Assembly (NCBI GenBank): GCA_037444665.1
Contig: JBBILZ010000001.1
Coordinates: forward strand, 32,001 to 96,000
Direction: 5' to 3'
Origin: a candidate division WOR-3 bacterium
GTDB taxonomy: Bacteria; Hydrothermota; Tepidihabitantia; SM23-42; JAOAFX01
DNA: 64,000 nt
Of the stretch, positions 58,540 through 64,000 are shown piece after piece; position 1 is the stretch's first letter, and the number at the start of each line of letters is the position of its first letter. The notes below the pieces were generated by a model, which was given only the letters and a program-made list of their open reading frames with translations, made no database searches and was not told where the DNA came from. Both the position numbers and the translations under genes were made by a program.

Positions 58540-58581
58540 ACCTACTACCTACTACCTACTACTTACTACCTACTCCCTACT
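58540..58581. repeat. Six ACYTACT heptamers forming the fabZ-lpxA spacer
   Basis: ACCTACT x3, ACTTACT, ACCTACT, CCCTACT. Confidence 0.9.
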
Positions 58582-58993
58582 ATCCTTTAATTCCTGCCAT
58601 AATCGTCGCTTCACAGACAAGCTCACCATTCACCTTTGCGGTTCCGGATATTTTCACAATTGTGCCCCGTTCCTGTAATAATTCTACTTCCATAACCAGC
58701 GTATCACCAGGTTTAACAATCTTCCTGAACCTTGCCTTATCAATACCCATAAATAATGGAATTGCACCTGAATATTTTCGTAACAGCATTACACCACCCG
58801 TCTGGGCAATCGCCTCAACGATCAAAACACCAGGCATTATGGGTTCTTGAGGAAAATGGCCCTTAAAAAAATATTCATCATCTTTTATTAATCTTTTTGC
58901 CACAATCTTTTTTTCACTCAGTTCCAGAACTTCATCAACAAATAAAAAGGGGTCGCGATGGGGTAAAATGTTTTTTATATCGTTTATGTCCAT
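58580..58993 (-). CDS. fabZ: 3-hydroxyacyl-ACP dehydratase
   Basis: LPHRDPFLFVD, FFKGHFP..PIMPGVLIVEA.AQ. Confidence 0.96.
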   Translation of the reverse strand: MDINDIKNILPHRDPFLFVDEVLELSEKKIVAKRLIKDDEYFFKGHFPQEPIMPGVLIVEAIAQTGGVMLLRKYSGAIPLFMGIDKARFRKIVKPGDTLVMEVELLQERGTIVKISGTAKVNGELVCEATIMAGIKG

Positions 58994-59029
58994 ACAATTC
59001 TCCTTTCTAAAAAGATCAAACCAAATAAA

Positions 59030-59851
59030 TTATTTTCCAACACATTTTTTCAGGTTAAGAACCTCATTGAGCTGGCAACCACATTCTCCAATTTTACAAT
59101 AACCCCGGGGAACACCGTGGAAATCTGAACCACCAGTTACTAATAGACCATGTTTCATAGCAATCTCATAGAAATCATCTTCGTGTTTGCGCGTATGTTC
59201 AGGATGCCAGACTTCAATACCCATAATCCCATCATTTATTAACTTATAAACCAATTCACTATTCCCTATCATTCCGGGATGTGCCACAACTGGAATACCA
59301 CCCCATTCTTTTATTTTTTGAATGATTTTTTTGGGGTTAAGTTCTTTCTTGGGCACATAATATGGGCTGTGGTATCCAAGATAACGATGAAATGCTTCAT
59401 TACGGTTATGTACATAGCCACATTCTAATAATGCCTCTGCAATATGTGGCCTGCCCATTGAGCTATTTTGAGCAATCTGTTTTACCAGGGAAAAATTAAC
59501 CTTTATCCCATCCTGCGCAAGATTTTCAACAATCTTTTTTGCCCTTTTAATACGATATTCTCTAAACTCAGCAAGATAACTTAATAGTTCTGCAGAATGA
59601 TGATTAATATAATAACCAAGAATATGGATATCTTGATGGCCAATATTAGCGCTAAATTCAACAGCCGGAATAATATTTAATCTGCCTTTTGCCTGAGTGA
59701 TTGCCTCATCAATACCTGCCACAGAATCATGGTCAGTGATTGCAATGACCGATATTTGGGAATTTATTGCGATACCAACGATTTCTCCTGGTGTATATAC
59801 TCCATCTGAATATGAAGTATGGATATGTAAATCCGCGTAGTAATCAGTCAA
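59030..59851 (-). CDS. PHP-domain phosphoesterase (TrpH/YciV-like)
   Basis: DLHIHT.YSDG, ITDHD, HILGY, GRPH, AHP, GGSDFH. Confidence 0.92.
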   Translation of the reverse strand: MTDYYADLHIHTSYSDGVYTPGEIVGIAINSQISVIAITDHDSVAGIDEAITQAKGRLNIIPAVEFSANIGHQDIHILGYYINHHSAELLSYLAEFREYRIKRAKKIVENLAQDGIKVNFSLVKQIAQNSSMGRPHIAEALLECGYVHNRNEAFHRYLGYHSPYYVPKKELNPKKIIQKIKEWGGIPVVAHPGMIGNSELVYKLINDGIMGIEVWHPEHTRKHEDDFYEIAMKHGLLVTGGSDFHGVPRGYCKIGECGCQLNEVLNLKKCVGK

Positions 59852-59863
59852 TTTTTATAATAA

Positions 59864-60676
59864 CTAAGTTAGGTCAAGGTCATGACATACATCAGTGACA
59901 ATCTTTTCATCAACCATCTCTTTTTTTAAAAGAAATCCTTCAAGTAATGCATTATCACATATTGCATTTATCATTCGCGGAACACCTTTTGAAAATTGAT
60001 AGATACTTTTCATTGCCCCACCCGTAAATAATGGACGGGAACAACCAGCAACACGAAGACGATGGACAACATAATTTTGCGTGGTTTCTTGGTCAAGTGC
60101 CTCAAGCACACATCTGACAGCGACCCTCTGGTATAATGCCGGGTCAAGTTTAAGATAATCTTCCATTTCTGGTAAACCAAACAGAATAAAATTCAAAAGT
60201 TTACCCCGTTCAGATTCAAGATTTAAAAGCCCGCGGATCTCTTCCATTAAATCCTTTCTCTGTAACATATTCGCTTCATCAATAAGGATAACCACTTTTT
60301 TATTCTTACCCATCAGGTCAAGTAATCTATGGTAGACCGCGGTTATTATTTCAATTTTGTTTTCTGAATCCACTGGTGTCTCCAGCATCAGTGCAATCTT
60401 CTTTAAGAACCAGAGGGATGTTATTTCAGAATGAATAATAACCAGAAGTGTTGCCTCAATATTATTGGAAATCAACTGGTCAAGCAGCCGTCGGGAAAGT
60501 GTTGTCTTACCAGTTCCGATATCACCAATCAGTAATGCCAGTCCTTTCTCAGTTTCAACCGCATGGGTTAATTTTGCCAGTGCCTTGGCATGCTGTGGTG
60601 AATTATAATAAAATTTTTCATCTGTAGTAAAACTGAATGGATGTTCTTTTAATTTATAAAAACTTTCATATCCCAT
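59864..60676 (-). CDS. ExeA/GspA-type AAA ATPase (N-terminal domain only)
   Basis: Y..FY.L.E.PF, GDIGTGKT, IDEA, L.GLPE, G.PR.IN.ICDNAL. Confidence 0.88.
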   Translation of the reverse strand: MGYESFYKLKEHPFSFTTDEKFYYNSPQHAKALAKLTHAVETEKGLALLIGDIGTGKTTLSRRLLDQLISNNIEATLLVIIHSEITSLWFLKKIALMLETPVDSENKIEIITAVYHRLLDLMGKNKKVVILIDEANMLQRKDLMEEIRGLLNLESERGKLLNFILFGLPEMEDYLKLDPALYQRVAVRCVLEALDQETTQNYVVHRLRVAGCSRPLFTGGAMKSIYQFSKGVPRMINAICDNALLEGFLLKKEMVDEKIVTDVCHDLDLT

Positions 60677-60692
60677 ATTTTAATACCACCTT

Positions 60693-62558
60693 TCATAGAT
60701 ATGTTACCTTGGATTTTTTAGGCTTTGGTGCTTCTTCGGGTGGTGTTACCCTTACCTCCTTTGCCGGTGGTGCGGTTTGCGTCCGTTTTTTTAATTCCTC
60801 AGTGAGTTTATCTTTTAGTTCATTTATTTTTTTCAAAAGGTCAGGCACACTCTTATCAATATTCGCCGCATTTATATACGATTTGATTGCCATCTTCAAA
60901 TTCTTTTGCATCTCATACGCATTACCTAAAAGAAAGTGGAGCCCAAAATATTCGGCAGCGGGCCTTTTTGGTATTGTTAATCCTTCATTCAATATCTTAA
61001 TCGCTTCATCAATCTTATTTTTTTCTATCAGACAGGATGCAATCATCTCATACGATTTTAATTTTAGATTATCATCCTTTGTTGCAATTTCAAATTCTTC
61101 TATTGCTTCCTGATGTAATCCCATCCCTTTATAAGCCACACCAAGGTCATAATGTGAACGATAATCACCCTCACCAATAGATTCAAATACTTCTTTACGA
61201 AACTGTGATATTAATTCGTTGATATTCTGAATGCTGGACGGCGCCTTTTCTCTTTCAATCTCTGTCCTCAATACCTGTCCCAGGTCAATAAATTCTCGCG
61301 CCTTTGCCTCCTCCTCAATCAAACTCTGGGCAATTGCATTTTCCGGGTCCATTTCCAGAACTTTTCTTAAGATTGATTGGGCTTCAGTCCTTGCCTCACG
61401 CCGATTTAATGTCTCTGCAAGGTCCAGCATAAAATCTATCTGCATTGATTTATTATTCTGTAGTTTTGCAATTTCAACAAGACGCTGTCGGGATTTTAAA
61501 TCAAGCGGCCGTAAATCTGCAACTTTTTTATATAGTTCTAATGCCTGCGTATATTCACCTTCTTTAAAAGCCATTTCAGCAGCATCGCGAAAACAACTGA
61601 TCGCTTCTTCTTGCTCCCCGAGATTAAGGTAAATTTCTGCCAGTTGCCGGGTTTCGGCAATCTCAGAGAGTTCCTCAACTTCAACAGGCTCTTCTTCCAC
61701 AACTTCAACTTTTGGTGGTTCTTTGACCTCTACCTCATCCTTGAGCAATCCCGCAACTTCAGGCGAAACAAAATCATCCAGGGATAATTCTTTTTTCTCT
61801 GGTTCAGGAACCACCTGTTCCACAACTGGTTCAGGTTCAAGCACTTTCTCTTCAACCTCAGGAACTTTAATTTCTTCTACAGGAGGTTTTACCTCAGGCA
61901 ATACTACTTCAACTGCAGGGGCAGGTTCTTCTTCTATTTTTGTGCTGAGAGGCTCAACCACTTTCGGTGTTTCAACTTCTGCAGGAGTAATCTGAGCAGT
62001 GACGGTCTCCTTTAATTCTTTTTGTTTGGTCTCAATCTGCTCTGCCGCTTTACGCAAACCTTCACCCTGTTCTTTCTTCCCAATTTTTTCATAAATCGCG
62101 GAGATAGTCTGAATGATCTTATAATTATTGGGCACCAGGTCCTTTATTGATTCATATGTTTTTAATGCTGCATCAATTTCATTATTCTGCATTTTTCGGT
62201 CGGCATATTCAAGATAATAATTTGCCGCTTCAACATACTGCCCTAATTCCTTATGCAATTCACCAAGTAAATTATAAATTTCAATACGCTCTTTATCAAG
62301 CCTCAAAATTTTTTTACAGAGTGCAATTGCATTGGGATAATAGGTCTCTTCGGCAAGAACATACGCACCTTTTTCGTATATATCAATGGCCTCTTTCTGA
62401 CGGTTTACTTTAATGTATAGGTCGCCCAATTTATTAAATAGTGAACCTTCTCTGGGAAATTCCTGAACCGCCTTCTCCAGTTCTACAATCGCCTTATTAA
62501 TCTCACCTTTTGCCTCTAATTCGGCGATTGTCCTTTTTATTGCACCTAAATCAGCCAT
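60693..62558 (-). CDS. Cytoplasmic TPR protein with acidic Pro/Glu linker
   Basis: N-terminal TPRs, E/P/V-rich linker, C-terminal DYRSHYDLGVAYKGMGL TPR module. Confidence 0.8.
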   Translation of the reverse strand: MADLGAIKRTIAELEAKGEINKAIVELEKAVQEFPREGSLFNKLGDLYIKVNRQKEAIDIYEKGAYVLAEETYYPNAIALCKKILRLDKERIEIYNLLGELHKELGQYVEAANYYLEYADRKMQNNEIDAALKTYESIKDLVPNNYKIIQTISAIYEKIGKKEQGEGLRKAAEQIETKQKELKETVTAQITPAEVETPKVVEPLSTKIEEEPAPAVEVVLPEVKPPVEEIKVPEVEEKVLEPEPVVEQVVPEPEKKELSLDDFVSPEVAGLLKDEVEVKEPPKVEVVEEEPVEVEELSEIAETRQLAEIYLNLGEQEEAISCFRDAAEMAFKEGEYTQALELYKKVADLRPLDLKSRQRLVEIAKLQNNKSMQIDFMLDLAETLNRREARTEAQSILRKVLEMDPENAIAQSLIEEEAKAREFIDLGQVLRTEIEREKAPSSIQNINELISQFRKEVFESIGEGDYRSHYDLGVAYKGMGLHQEAIEEFEIATKDDNLKLKSYEMIASCLIEKNKIDEAIKILNEGLTIPKRPAAEYFGLHFLLGNAYEMQKNLKMAIKSYINAANIDKSVPDLLKKINELKDKLTEELKKRTQTAPPAKEVRVTPPEEAPKPKKSKVTYL

Positions 62559-63379
62559 TATTCAAATTTTAATCCCAAATTGCTAATAACCCTTTCAATA
62601 ACTGTTTCATCTATGGTCTGTTTACGCTGAACATACCCCTCAACAAGGGCATTATCACAAATGATATTAACAAGCCTTGGTCTACCATCTGAGTATCGGC
62701 AGATGATCTCCTGAGCCATAGGAGTAAATATCTGACGTTGGGCACCGGCAATACTGAGTCGGTGCGAGATATATGCCCTTATGGTCTCGCTACCCAATGG
62801 TTTTAATTTTACCTTTATTGCAATCCGCTGATGTAATGCCCGATTCATAATAAGAAACGATTCTAATTCAGGCAGACCGCTTAATATAAAGGATATCAAT
62901 CTGGTATCCGCAATCTCTAAGTTTAATAATCCCCTTATCTCTTCAAGAATTTCAGGGCTCTTAAGTTTATTTGCCTCATCAATTATAATAATTGTCCTTT
63001 CATTGCGGCGATAAATTTCTCTAAGCCTGCTTGATATCCGCGAAATTATTTCGGTGGTTGATGTGCCAAGGTCGCTCAGACCAATTAGATTTGCAATTTT
63101 AGTGAATAACCACCCTGCCGGGATCTCTGAGTGAGTTAATACAAGTAAACCTGCTTTATACTTACCCAGACTATGCAGTTCCGTAAGTAATTTACGGACC
63201 AGCATTGTTTTACCAGTTCCTATATCTCCCAATAATATTGCCAGACCTCTCGCGCCTCGTGCTGCATGTAATAAATACTCCTTCGCAAGTGCATGTTGAG
63301 GTGAATTAAAATAAAATTTAGGATCCGGGAGATTTGCAAACGGTTCAAATTTTAATTGATAAAATTCCTGATATCCCAC
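62558..63379 (-). CDS. ExeA/GspA-type AAA ATPase, second paralog
   Basis: EPF.N.PDP, GDIGTGKT, IDEAN, G.PR.VNIICDNAL. Confidence 0.88.
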   Translation of the reverse strand: MGYQEFYQLKFEPFANLPDPKFYFNSPQHALAKEYLLHAARGARGLAILLGDIGTGKTMLVRKLLTELHSLGKYKAGLLVLTHSEIPAGWLFTKIANLIGLSDLGTSTTEIISRISSRLREIYRRNERTIIIIDEANKLKSPEILEEIRGLLNLEIADTRLISFILSGLPELESFLIMNRALHQRIAIKVKLKPLGSETIRAYISHRLSIAGAQRQIFTPMAQEIICRYSDGRPRLVNIICDNALVEGYVQRKQTIDETVIERVISNLGLKFE

Positions 63380-63391
63380 TTAACCTCCTGT

Positions 63392-64000
63392 TTATAGAAA
63401 AGCAATATCATCACCTGCTTCTTCAACATCTAATTTTTCATCTTCCATAAAACTTTCTTTTATCGGAGTTTCTTTTTCAAATAAAGGCTCTTCCATTTCT
63501 GTAGGTAATAATTTTTCTTTTGGTTCTTCAATTATTGTTTCGGGTTCCTGATAAAAAGGCTGTTCTTCCACAACCTCAGGTGTAGCAATCGGTCCTTCGG
63601 GAATCTTTTCGGTAACAATTTCCGCTGGTTCGGCAGGTTGTATTTTTTCTTCCTGAGCAAAGGAAATCGGGGGCGATGGTCTTTCCACTTCCATTTTACC
63701 ACCAAGCAGGGTATAGATTTCTTTAATATCACGGTAGTCAGGATTAACTGCCATAATATGTTCAATCTCCCTTAAGGCATTCTCAAAATCACCAACACCT
63801 TCATACCCTGATGCAAGCAGATATCTCAATGCTGTTTTTTTATTCTCAGGTATCTCTTCAAGCAATATTATTGGACCCAACACCTTTATCGCCTCGTTAT
63901 ATCTACCCAATTTTATCAATGACTCTCCAATTATTTCAATAGTATCTGGCCAGAATTCTTTTTTATCTTTTTCATCCCGCAAATAAGATAAGGCAATATC
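63392..64000 (-). CDS. TPR protein with acidic tail; 5' part lies outside the window
   Basis: Frame stays open to the window edge (DIALSYLRDEK...); LRYLLA.GYE..GD...A..E......PDYRD. Confidence 0.75.
   Translation of the reverse strand, partial: DIALSYLRDEKDKKEFWPDTIEIIGESLIKLGRYNEAIKVLGPIILLEEIPENKKTALRYLLASGYEGVGDFENALREIEHIMAVNPDYRDIKEIYTLLGGKMEVERPSPPISFAQEEKIQPAEPAEIVTEKIPEGPIATPEVVEEQPFYQEPETIIEEPKEKLLPTEMEEPLFEKETPIKESFMEDEKLDVEEAGDDIAFL

Overview
AT-rich chromosomal window from a diderm bacterium (lpxA, fabZ, lptE, lolE/lolD, PorV-like and T9SS-type CTD proteins, archaeal-type RtcB and FBP aldolase/phosphatase). The gene content resembles FCB-associated candidate phyla such as WOR-3, but this is inference only. 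Most of the window is housekeeping and envelope genes. The most interesting part is a ~10.5 kb accessory block between lysS and fbp (13104-23602) with two back-to-back operons. Leftward: a hypothetical gene plus two DUF2791/BrxD-like P-loop ATPases, without any BREX core gene; a BrxHI/Lhr-like helicase lies 20 kb away. Rightward: a soluble-adenylyl-cyclase-like double class III cyclase + STAND ATPase that stops where its TPR sensor should begin, followed by three separately encoded, homologous TPR cassettes. This looks like a split NLR-like receptor with interchangeable sensors. The cyclase gene has an apparent +1 frameshift near its start, and one cassette has an in-frame stop. Non-coding signals: a ~240-bp composite repeat in two inverted copies in divergent promoter regions, dispersed ACYTACT heptamer arrays, two sigma54 promoters sharing an identical 17-bp enhancer palindrome, and sigma70 promoters with an almost invariant 16-bp spacer, many of them leaderless. 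No CRISPR array, rRNA, tRNA, transposase or integrase was recognised. All family calls come from motif recognition by eye, not database searches.
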